Shown: positions 36,735 to 47,817 of the stretch, one piece after another | How the letters are laid out: the number at the start of each line of letters is the position of its first letter | Position numbering within the stretch: position 1 is the stretch's first letter | DNA from: Rhizaria sp. SCN 62-66 | Taxonomy: Eukaryota | Direction of reading: 5' to 3' | Assembly (NCBI GenBank): GCA_001724265.1 | Contig: MEDY01000088.1 | Coordinates: forward strand, 1-64,000 | Length of the DNA: 64,000 nt | Made by a program: the position numbers and the translations under genes | Notes under the pieces: generated by a model | Told to the model about the DNA's origin: nothing | The model's database searches: none | What the model saw: the letters and a program-made list of their open reading frames with translations, nothing else

Positions 36735-39700
36735 TTACAGCTCAAACCTGTCCGCATCTGACTCCGCGCTGAGCTCGTCCTTGGGCATCACAGCCGCGAC
36801 ATCGCTGTCGTCCTCGGTGCTGGACCGGTCGCTCGCACCAGCGCCCTCGCGCTGCTGCCTCTTGTACTGCTGTCGCGCCAGCCGCGACCCTTGCCGCAGC
36901 GCACGCTGCGTCTTCTGCGCCAGAGCTGCCGCGGCTGCGCCCGCACTGAAGTCCCTGCCGCCACCCTCCGCCAGCACGCCGTCATTTTCGCTGCCGCTGT
37001 CGGAGTCGCCGTAGTTGCCCGCAGTGAACCGGTCGGCGCCATAGAACGTCGCCCCCACGACCCGCGCACGCCCACGCCGCCCCCGCTGGCCCGGATCCGC
37101 GGTCTCGGCAGCATCGTCGGCCGCGGATTTCTCGCGCTCCCTGCGCGCGCGCATCGCGGCCAGGTCCGCCTCGAGCCGCCAGTCAAGCGCCTCTTTGATG
37201 TTCTTGTTCGCGCGCCGCTGCGCCGCGTCTGGCGCTTCGAGCCGCTCCAGCTGCTGCGCACGCAGGTGTGCTAGCGGGTGGCGCGCGCGGTCCTCTTCCT
37301 CCTGCGCCGCGCGCAGCTGCGCCAGCTCGGCCGCGTGCCGCGCCTGCCAGCGCTCCTCGCGCTCGCGCGCGCGCGCCTCCTTGGCCGTCTCGGGCACGTG
37401 CGCGGTGCCGACGCCGAGCCAGATCGAGTCATCGAGCCCGAACCCGTCGTCGTCGCCGTCGTTGGTGTTGTCGGTCGCGCTCAAGCTGACGTTGACGCTG
37501 GCGTTAAGCGAGGCGGGCGCGGACGCCAGTGTCGAGGCAGCTGTCGTCGCGCGACTGCTGGGGAGGCTGTCGTCGTCAGAGTCGTCACCACCAACAACGA
37601 CAGCAGCGGCTGCCGCCGTGTCACCGTCCGTTCTGACGTTGAGGTTGTGATCGCCCCCGTGATCCTTGTCCTTGTCGAAAGACTTCGCAACCGTCGCCAC
37701 AGATACGCCGGCGCTCGCACCAGCCCCAGTGGCGGAGCCGCCCTGTTGCAGCTCCGCCTCGGAGAAGTAGTTAAGCTTGCGGTGCAGCGCTTCCCTCACT
37801 GCGCGCCGTGAAGCGGCCGACGAGCGCGGCACCGCAGCAGCGGCAGAGGCGGCCGCAGCAGAGGCGGCCTCGGCCTCAGCAGCCGCGGCCTCAGCCTCCG
37901 CTTTCGCCGCCTCCGCGGCCGCGCGCAGCTCCGCCGAGCGCTCGGTGAACACATTGGACACAACGGCGGCAACGCCACTCCTGCTGCTCTTCCTGCTCAC
38001 GGTGCCGTTCACGTGGTTCTCGCTCGCCGCCAGGCGCGCGGCGTGCTCCGCGGCGGCCTCGTCGGCGGCGCGCAGCGCCGCGGCGAGCGCCGCGGCGGCC
38101 TTGGTCTTGGCCGCAGCGGCCGCGGCCGCAGTGGCGGCGCGCGTGGCGGCGGCCTCGGCAGCGGCAACGATCTTGTCCGCATCCTGCTCCGCGGCGATGC
38201 GCTTGGCGTCGGCCTTGGCCTGGCGCGCGCGGCGCTTCTCCTCTTCGCCGCGCTCACGCTCGCGCTCGGCCTCGTCCTCCTGGTGCTTGAACGCCGCGCG
38301 CAGCTCCTCCGGCAGGCGCACCTTTAGGTACAGGTACGAGTCGATGCTGCCGGCCCGCAGGTCCTCGGCGCGCGCGGCCTCGAACAGGTGCCGCGCAACG
38401 GCCACCCACGCCAGCGCCGACGACGCGCGCGTGGCGCCCGCGGCGGCGACGGCTGCGGGCAGCAGACGCAGCTCCAGCGGCGTCCACAGTGGCCCGCCGC
38501 CCGGAATCGCCACTGTCGCCTGGCGGTCGCGCGCAAAGCGCTCCGAGCGCGAGAGCCCGTCGTCGGAGCTGTGCGCGCGCTGCTCGCGTCCGCGCCGGCG
38601 GGAGCCGGCACGCGGGCGACTGGCGCCTCCAGCGCGCGCGGGACCGTTGTCACCCTTCTTGCCCCGGCGACTACGGCTGTCGGCGCGAGATCGTCGCCCG
38701 CGCCCGCCAGCGGTTTCGTCGACATAGTCATCCTCGTCGTCATCGCTATCGTCACTTTCGCTGCCGTCTTCACTGCTGCCGCTGCCCGAGAGCCCGTCGC
38801 TGATGAAGCCCTTGTCGCTGTCGTCTTCGCTGCTGTCCGCGACCGCCATCTCTGCCACGGCGCGCCGCACGTATGCGTTCTTCATCTTGCGCATCGCGGC
38901 GGGCGTGTTGGGCTCTTGGTCGCGCAGCGAGCGCCAGGACACCGCGCTGGCGTTCGCGGCACCAGCGCTTGCGGCGCGCTTGGCGGGCGTCGCCTTGATC
39001 GGCGTCGCCCGCGAGCCCGCAGCCCTGGCCGGCGTCGCGGCGCCGGGGCGGCCCCGCGACACGATGCGCCCGCGCAAGTGCGGGTCCGAGTCAGAGTCGT
39101 CGCTGCCGCTGCCGGACTCAGTCTCGCTCTCGCTCTCGGTCACCGTCGTCGCGTCACTGGCCCAGCCGCTCGCTGCCGCGCGCGCGCCCCCGCGTCCGCG
39201 ACCACTGGCAGCGGGACCCGGCGCAGGGCGCGCGTGTTTGGCGCTGCCGGGCGTGCGCACACCCGCGCCCGCGCTTGACGTCGCGCGAAGCGAGCGCGCG
39301 GCAGGGCTGGCGAGAGGAGAGCTGGCCCTGCGCTTGCGCGACGCGCTGCCGGTCGCCGTCTGACTGCGACTCTTTGAGCGCGCGCCGCCCCGCGCCGCCG
39401 CACCACCGCTCTTACCGCCACGAGCACCGGTCCCGCGGCTGCGGCTGCGGCCGTCACTGTTTTTGCCGTCGTCATCACTGTCACCGTCGTCGTCGCCGTC
39501 GTCGTTTTCAGTGTCGCTGGCACTGTTATGGCGGTCGGTCGACTCGGAGTCGTCGCTGCTGATGACGATAGGTGTCTCGAGCGAGCTGCCCAGCGCCCCC
39601 AGCGCGTCGCGCCGCGCCGACCTGCTCCGCAGCGGGCGCGCCGGCGTCACAAGAGGCGCCCGCGCAGGCGCCGCAGACGCCTGAGTCCGCGGCGACGACC

Positions 39701-41600
39701 GGGACGGCGCCCTGGTCTGCGCTCTCGCCGGCGGCCGGGCAGCAGCTGCAGGCTTGCTTTGCGGCTTCACAGGCGTTGCCACACGAACATTGGGTGCAAA
39801 GGCAGACGCCGATGCCGACGCTGACGCGCGCGCATGCAGCGTCCCCCTGAGCGCGGCTGGAACCTTGATCGGGCTGGGGGCGCACTTGACCGCAGCGGCC
39901 CGCTCTGCGGCGGCTTTGGCCTTGCGCCGCGTGTTGGCGCGCGTAACGTCGTAGTCGTCGTCGTCATCGTCGCTGCCGATGGCGGCCGTGGCGACAGGCG
40001 AGCTCTCGTTGCTGTCGACAATGACCACGGCCTCGCCCGCTTCCATGTCGCTGTCAGTACTTAGATCGGTCATGCGTATAGTATTGCCGCGCAATGCACC
40101 ACGCGACGCATTGCGCAACGCCGTGCGTGGAGAGGTGCGCGCCGCAACACCCGCACCGGTGGCACTGGTCTTGCCGCCGCTACGAGCCCGGCCGGGCGTG
40201 TAGATCTGCGCGACCGGCAGCACCAACGCAGCCGCGTCGCGCCGAGCGGACACGCCGACGCCACTCTGTGCAGCGCTGGCCTTGGCCAGGGCCTGGCCCC
40301 AGACTTCGTCATCGTCATCATCGTCGTCGTCGACGACGACTTCGTTGTTGCTCACTGCGACGGTATTACTGTGGACGCTGCTCGCAGGCTTCACGCCGCT
40401 GCCTGTGCGCTTCACAGGCGTGACACGCGGCGCCGTTCTCCCCGTCGCCGCCGCCGTCGGCGCGGACGCGGTCGCAGAGGCTGTGGACGAAGAGGTGGTA
40501 ACGGTCGACCTCATGCTGCGCCGGACACTGCCTACAGCAGCTGCAGCCGGCGCTGTCGTGACCGACTGAGACAGCGAGGCCGGCGGCGGGGAGACAACGG
40601 CGGCCGTGAGCAGGGTGTCCGTGCCGCGGGTCGAGCGCGCTGGCGTGCTGTTGCTCGCAGCAACGCTCGGAGTCGCAGTCCCTGCGGCACTGGCGCTCAC
40701 GTTGGTGCTCCGAGCTGCTGCGAACGCGCCGATGGGGGCGCGGACCAGGCTCGCGGCCGTGGCGAAGCCCGACGCGGCCAACAGAGAGCGCCGTGGCCGC
40801 GACTGCGTCGGAGACGTCTCCGCATCTGCCGCAGACGCAGTCGGCGAGGTGGCGGTCACGGCGGCAGCGGTTTTGGGCGGCGGCAGCGGGGGACCCATGG
40901 GCGCGACTGCGTGCGCCAGCGACTGCGACAGGTCGCGCGCCGAGGACGCCCCCGTCTTCGCTGCATTCATCGCTGCAGCGGCAGACGCAGTTGCGGAGCC
41001 AGGGGCCGGGACGACAGGCGTCGCGGCGGCCGAGCTGCGGGGGGCCACTTCCAGGGGCAGCACGGGCGCCGTGGCGGCCGAGGAGCCGGCGGAGCCCGCG
41101 CCATGGGCCTTGGCCGGCGAGCCGCACCCGGAGCCCGTAGAGGATGCGCACGCAGCGTCGGCGCCTGCGTTGGTACCCTAAAAGTGCGAGGTGTCGAATA
41201 CGACGCTCTGCTGCTTGCCAGTCATTGGCTGCTGGTGTGATGGGGACGCGGAGGTGACCGTGGTGGCGCAGCTGGGCGGCGCGGTGGAACATTGCGTAGA
41301 AGTGGCGGAGGTCTGCACTGGTGAGATCAGTACGTTGTCAGTCGACATCCTGTTGAATATGGAATAAATGCCCTTAATGTTGGCAATGCCCGTCATGAGC
41401 GGCGAACCCGAACCTGTGGAGGCTGCGGGCACAGGGGTTGCTCCACGGGAGGTGCTCCGCGTCCCAGGAGACGCGGAAAAAGAGCTTGTGTCCGAGGTCG
41501 AGTTTGATATTCCCTCCGCGAGTGACAGCTCAGCGTCGGGGGAGCCGTGGGGACTTTGACGAGGGCCAGCCTCGCTCGTTTGTCGAGACGGTGGCGGCAT
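36735..41600 (-). CDS. Large low-complexity, probably nuclear protein, 1621 aa with one in-frame TAG (41178-41180)
   Basis: ORFs 41178-41600 and 36735-41063 are in the same frame, separated only by TAG. S/A/R/D-rich, SIM-like PIVISSDD, helical C-terminal part; TAA stop. Confidence 0.72.
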
Positions 41601-42567
41601 TCTAAAATAGATAGCATAGCAGTCGTTGGGAGAGGAATTTTTTGTAATATCAGGTGAGATATAAGGGGAGTTGTAAAATAATGCGTTGAAACATTATTCT
41701 ATGATCACTAGATAGAGATCTCGACCAGGGCAAGTTGAAGTCCAGAACTCCCGAAGCGCGGGAGAATCAGGCTTCGAAAACTCACGCTAGATTTTAGACT
41801 TCAAAGACATGTACTTCAAGAAGATGTTTGTATACTGAAACGTGCCTGCAATATGCTTTGTTTAAGCACGCGCTGTGCTGTATTCTCTTGCATATTATTA
41901 CTAACGATGCATACAAGCATATATATCTCTCGTGGCGTGCCAACAAACCTAGCGTAGCACACGACATATTCTTGGGTTTGCTTCGCATAACCGATTCATC
42001 CAAAACCGATTTTTGAGTATAATTTATATATAGTATTTAAGTGTTACCAACTAATGTTTCTGGCTTCAATGGTTTTGTTATTATGATGATACAAGAGCAA
42101 ATCATTTTTAACCACAAGTTGTTTTTTGATTGTTCGCGGTTCGCGAAAAACAAATTTGAGTGGCGGCGGGTGGTCGCGGCGTTTGACTGCTTCGTTTCAG
42201 GCCCGACCTGTGCCGGTTGGATATGGAGTGCTAGCGGGCGTGTTTCTCTGTGGCTTGGCGATCTTACATCATTTTCACTAAGAACACGTGCGGTCGTACC
42301 GATAAACACTTTATTTTATTCCGCAATGGGACTGATTCCGCATGAACGGCGTGTGCGCTGTCGACCCACAAAGTCGACCGTGTTCCTGCCACAAGCTCTC
42401 TCTCTCTGCCACCCGTGAGGTAGCTCTTTGTCCCGGAATCCGAGCTGCTTCTCTTTGTCCGACTCGTAAGCCAACGCTAACTCGAGATCCTGCTGTTTAT
42501 TTGTCCCATATTCCCTTTCTGCTCTCGTCACGCCCTTTCACCCCGCACACAGCCTAAGAGTTCCAGG

Positions 42568-45500
42568 ATGTCAGCTCCTGTCGAAGGCAAGATTCAGCTC
42601 CCCGTGGCCGGTGAGCGCAACGTGCTCATCACGTCTGCGCTGCCTTACGTGAACAACGTGCCTCACCTGGGCAACATTGTCGGCTGCGTGCTGTCCGGCG
42701 ACGTTTACGCGCGCTTCTGCCGTCTTCGCGGCTACAACACGCTCTACATCTGCGGCACAGATGAGTACGGCACTGCAACCGAGACCAAGGCCCAGCAGGA
42801 GGGCCTGACCCCGCAGCAGATCTGCGACAAGTACCATGTCATCCACAAGGCCGTGTACGACTGGTTCGACATTGCGTTCGACCACTTCGGCCGCACGTCG
42901 ACGCCGACGCAGACGGCCATCGCCCAGGACATCTTCAAGAAGTGCGACGCCAACAAGTTCATTTGCTGCCAGAAGACGCAGCAGTTCTACTGTACGCCCT
43001 GCGACCGCTTCCTTGCGGACCGCTTTGTGTCGGGTGTGTGCCCGTTCTGCAAGTACGAGGACGCTAAGGGCGACCAGTGCGACAAGTGCTCCAAGCTTAT
43101 CAACGCCATCGAGCTCACCAACCCGCTGTGCACGGTGTGCAAGGCCGCGCCCCAGGTCAAGGACTCGAAGCAGCTATGCCTGACGCTGCCCAAGCTTCAG
43201 TGTAAGCTCAAGAACTTTGTAAAGCAGAACTACGGCCCCTGGTCCGCTAACGCGCGCCAGGTGACGGACGCGTGGCTGGCCCAGAAGCTCATCGCGCGCC
43301 AGATCACGCGCGACCTCAAGTGGGGCACGCCCGTGCCGAAGCCGGGGTTCGACTCCAAGGTCTTCTACGTGTGGTTCGACGCGCCGATCGGGTACATCTC
43401 CATCACGGCGGGCTACTCGGACCAGTGGCAGAAGTGGTGGAAGTGGGACCGCGCCGACGGCGCCGAGCACAAGCCCGCCGCTGACTGCGCCGACACCGCG
43501 TGCGAGGAGTGCGAAGAGCCCGCTGCGGGCCCCGAGGCCGGCGCCGAGGGCGCGGATGACAAGGACGCGAAGCTGTACAAGGACTGCGAAGGCTGCGCCG
43601 AGTGCGACGACGCGGCCAAGCCTGAGTTCGTGGACAAGTACAACGTCGAGCTGGTGCAATTTCTCGGCAAGGACAACATCCCGTTCCACTCGGTCATGTT
43701 CCCGTCGACGCTGCTGGCCGCCAAGGACGGCTACATCATGCCCCGCACAATCTCGTCCACCGAGTACCTCAACTACGAGGGCGCCAAGTTCTCTAAGACG
43801 CGCGGCGTGGGCGTCTTCGGCGACCAGGCTCGCGACACGGGCGTGCCCTCCGAGGTCTGGCGCTATTACTTGCTGGCGAACCGGCCCGAGCAGGCCGACA
43901 CGATGTTCACCTGGGACGACTTCGCATCTAAGGCCAATTCGGAGCTGCCCAACAACCTCGGCAACCTCGTGCAGCGTGTGCTCGCCTTCATCTCCTCCAA
44001 GCTCGGCGGAGTGGTGCCTGCGGCTGTGTCCAGCAAGCTGGGCGACGCCGAGACGCAGCTCGAGACTGAGGTCGCGGACCTGATGCAGAACTACGTCAAG
44101 CTGCTTGACACGCAGTCGCTCAAGGACGCGCTGCGCACGGCCATGAACATCTCCATGGCCGGCAACAAGTACATGCAGGACAAGAAGCCCTGGGCACTCA
44201 CCGAGGACGCCGAGGCGTGCGGCACCGCGCTGGCAGTGCTCACGCAGCTCATCTACTTGCTCGCCATCATCCTCGACCCCTTCATGCCGGGCTTCTCGCG
44301 CAAGGTCTTCGCGCAGCTCAACCTCACCATGCCCACGACCCCGCTCAAGAACATCGAGGCCGGCATGGAGGGCAGCGCCTGGCCCCTTGCCAAGATCCTC
44401 GCCGCGGCCGCCGCGGCCGCGCAGAACCCCGAGGCTGCGGTCGTGCCGGGCCTCATCGTCGTGCCCGCGGGCCACAAGCTCGGCGCGCCCGCGCCCATTT
44501 TCGGCAAGCTCGACGCCGGCCGCGTCACCGAGCTCCGCCAGAAGTTCCAGGTACGTACCCACACGCCTATCTTTCACGTTATATTATCCGTTTGGTACGG
44601 ATGCAACGTCTTGTTTTTTTTTTTTTCTTCCTGTTTTATATCTTCATACCCACTCTACTGTTTCTGTTGCTCCTTTTGCAGGGTGCTGTGACCGAGGCCA
44701 CTGGCGCCCCGTTCCCGATGACACTGGTGACCGGCGTGGTGACCGAGGTGGGCGAGCACCCCACCAACGCCAAGTGTTACGTGCTCAAGGTCGACTGCGG
44801 CGAGCCCGAGCAGCGGCAGATCGTGTCGACGCTCGTGGCCAGCTACTCGCCCGAGGCGCTGCTGGGCAAGACTGTGCTCGTGTTGACCAACCTCAAGCCG
44901 GGCAAGTTCGGCGGTGTGCTCTCGCAGGGCATGATCCTCACCGCGCTCTACGCAGAGGGCGACAAGACGACCATCAAGGTCCTCACCTCGGCCGCGCCCA
45001 AGGGCTCTAAGGCCGTCCCCGAGGGCTCTCACCATGAACCCGTCAAGGTCTTCGACGTCAAGTCCAAGCTCAACGCCGTCCAGCTTAACACCGTTGCGGG
45101 TGGCAAGGTACGATTTAACACAACACACAATGTTCATGATACTATCGCGCAACACAGTCATGTTGCGCGTTCTTTTTTATGCGCTGCTTTATGCGAAGGA
45201 GACAGCTTTGCTGGACTTATGGTCCCGTAGCCTGTTTCTGATTCAACAGCGCTAGATTCTCAACTTTAATACGCTCACCTTTTGCGAAGGAGACAGTTTT
45301 GCTGAACCGAATGGTTTTTTAGCCTGTTTCTGATGTAGGCGAGCAAGATTCTACTTGTTCTTTTTTGTTTTTTGTTTTGTTTTGTTTGTTCTTACATCAC
45401 TGTTGGTGACAACTCCCAATTCCATGTTGTCTCACTTCGTTTTCTGCCACCCCCTTCTTGCCTTGGTTTCCGCCCCCACAGATCCACGTCGGCACCGCGC

Positions 45501-45568
45501 CGCTCATGATCGGCACCCACGCGGTCGAGGCCGACGGTGGCGCTCCCGAAGGTGCCACCGTCTGCTAA
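42568..45568 (+). CDS. MARS1: Cytosolic methionyl-tRNA synthetase with C-terminal tRNA-binding OB domain, 3 coding exons (42568-44550, 44682-45107, 45482-45568), 831 aa
   Basis: ITSALPYVNNVPHLGN, CGTDEYG, CxxC zinc knuckles, TRDLKWG, FYVWFDAPIGY, GKDN, KFSKT; C-terminal HP.A.K.YV..VD.GE...RQIVS...NLKP....GV.SQGM. Introns 44551-44681 and 45108-45481; TAA stop. Confidence 0.97.
45181..45351 (+). ncRNA. Intronic double-hairpin AGA-box H/ACA-like RNA, copy A (hairpins 45181-45259 and 45273-45351)
   Basis: Each hairpin has a lower stem, an internal loop (UGCGAA / GAU), upper stem GGAGACAG/CUGUUUCU, a covarying apical stem, and AGA 14 nt after the upper stem. Lies inside MetRS intron 2. Confidence 0.7.
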
Positions 45569-45629
45569 GCGCTCGGTACTGAGCGCTCGGAGCACTGAGT
45601 CCCTGCCTCCCGCCCTTGTCTCTCACCAG

Positions 45630-46001
45630 GTACGCACCCTAATCTGACTCCCTCAGTTATTGCCGATTTTTTTGCTGCTTATGTGCGTTGTACTTTGCGA
45701 AAGAGACAGTTTTGCTGGACCTCTGGTCTAATAGCCTGTCTCTGATTCGGTCACGCTAGATTCTTCAACTTTACGCTCACCTTTTGCGAAGGAGACAGTT
45801 TTGCTGAGCCACCGGCTCTCTAGCCTGTTTCTGATGTAGGCGAGCAAGATTTTTGTTTTTATACGTTCTTATATCTTTTTCTAGTCCTTTGAGTCTTTTC
45901 TTGATGAAGAGGTCTTGTCACACAATCTTTCACTTCTCTTGCAAACACACTCGCTCACTTTGTCCCCTTTTATGATAACGCTTTGATTTTCTTGTTCGCA
46001 G
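45630..46001 (+). other. Predicted 3'-UTR intron of the MetRS gene
   Basis: CAG|GTACGC donor 61 nt after the stop and TTTTCTTGTTCGCAG acceptor; same donor consensus and similar length (372 vs 374 nt) as intron 2. Confidence 0.7.
45685..45852 (+). ncRNA. Intronic double-hairpin AGA-box H/ACA-like RNA, copy B (hairpins 45685-45763 and 45775-45852)
   Basis: Paralogue of copy A with structure-preserving changes (AGAGACAG/CUGUCUCU; AGCC/GGCU vs AACC/GGUU); the flanking intron sequence is not conserved. Confidence 0.7.
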
Positions 46002-46751
46002 AGCTCGACTGCCGACTCCAACGCTGCGTTCGCAGTTATATGTTTTCTTAACATTTTCTTTTGCTTTTACTCCGCCACCTAAGCCACTTGATTTCTCTAG
46101 TCTCACAACGTCTCTTGTAGCTCGCCATTTCCGGTGGCTGCACAGGCGTAATAATACACACCGTAACTACCAGTTTTTCTCACATTCACTGAGTACTTAC
46201 AACACTCCATCAATGGAATGCTCAACGAGATTTGCGCGATTGGGGTGGGTTTGATTCTGTATTGATGTTAAACATGCGTCTTTGTCCTTAAAGTCAGCGG
46301 ACTGTGACTGAGTATGAACGGGCCGCTTTCGGGAAGCGACACGATATCAAACATACGGTCGTCAGTGCGGACATACGAACAGAGACACACGTGTATGCAA
46401 CGCATCGCTAGAGTAAACATGAGTAGAAAAAGCTTTGTAACGGGACGGAGTCGAGACACGACTCAGGAAAAAAGAAAAATCTCGACGTAGGCCTTGAGGG
46501 GTAGCCCACATATAATTGATCGAGTGCCTGCTGAGCACACCGGGGTTGGGACAACCCAATATGTCCTTGTCGCACTGGAGTGTGACTTGATGTGTCATCA
46601 ATCAAACACAACACGAGTCACAAGCTTCGATGCAGCGCAGTCACGCAGACACCAAGCATTGCCAACCCAGACTAACATATGACAATAATGCAGTGACTCA
46701 GTAGACCGAGGCGGTCACCGAATTGCAGCGGCAACATCAGCAACAACACGC

Positions 46752-47246
46752 TTAGGCGGCCTTGGACTTCTTGGTGGCAGCCTTACCGGCGGAGTCGGCG
46801 CGGCGCTTGGCGTCTCGGCGCGAGACGTCACCGTCGCGGACAAGCCCGCCCGTGGTGTGCGCGCGGTAGATGCTGTTGTAGTACTTCTGGAAGGACGCGG
46901 CCTCGCCGGCGGGGACGACGCAGGAGATCTTCTTTGGGCCGAGCACGGCGCGGACGAGGCAGCCCGCCTCGCCGAGCGTGTGGTCCACCGGTGCAGCCGC
47001 GGGCTTCTTGCCCTTCTGGGAACCCTTCTTAGAACCCTTCACAGCGGCGGGCTTCGCAGCAGCGGCCGCAGCAGCAGGCTTGGGCGTCTCAGTGCCAGTC
47101 TTGTTGTTGGAGGGAGGCAGGTTGGCCTCACCAGCAATCGCGTAGCGCTTGAAAGAGACGTCCACAGTGCCCGTATTCTTGGTCGTTGACGTGTTCAACA
47201 TGCGCGTAAACTGATCCAGGAACGCGTCCGGAGTCAAACGAACCAT
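46752..47246 (-). CDS. SRP14: Signal recognition particle 14 kDa protein
   Basis: MVRLTPDAFLDQFTRML, GTVDVSFKRY, CLVRAVLGPKKISCVV and FQKYYNSIYRA match SRP14; TAA stop. Confidence 0.92.
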   Translation of the reverse strand: MVRLTPDAFLDQFTRMLNTSTTKNTGTVDVSFKRYAIAGEANLPPSNNKTGTETPKPAAAAAAAKPAAVKGSKKGSQKGKKPAAAPVDHTLGEAGCLVRAVLGPKKISCVVPAGEAASFQKYYNSIYRAHTTGGLVRDGDVSRRDAKRRADSAGKAATKKSKAA

Positions 47247-47817
47247 ATTCCTAGAAAGGGATATCAGGAATGGTCAGATTGGGAATGAAAACGAAGAAAT
47301 TGTGGGGTGTGAGAGGAAGTCATGACACAGCAGTACAATCATAGGAATATCTCATCATAGACTCGACACAATAACAACTGGCAAACACCTGTATTGTATG
47401 CGACACAAGTCGACCAGAACATAAATAAGACACTTCAAAATCTACTTAACATGCCGAGATATAGAATCAATTCGGCGTTTCCTCGGTCCAAGTGACTGTG
47501 CGCAGCCAGGCGGCTTCCTTTCTCGAGTTTGAATCGGTCGGTAACGGCGAGTTGCTCATTTAGCCCCACAGCGCCTCTAAAACACCACCTGTTCATACTT
47601 AAATTTCATTTATGATACATTTACTATTTGACACTATCGCAACTTTAATCTTGCACTGAATGACGTTACACTGGGCTCATAGACCTTATTTTGTTGACTA
47701 CCGCCACCGGTTCTTTTTGACTTGTGTCTTCCCCTCTCTTTAGCGACTTGCAGGCGACTACTCTTTCCAACTGCAGACTCTTGACAACTTTGCACACACC
47801 ACACACTTTTTGACGTC

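Noticed and set aside
45181-45852. Repeated hairpins as SECIS elements, K-turns, SAM/TPP riboswitches or a CRISPR-like array
   Set aside because: No AUGA core or apical AA; the K-turn register is broken in the third hairpin; no riboswitch consensus; the variable parts are covarying stems rather than spacers.
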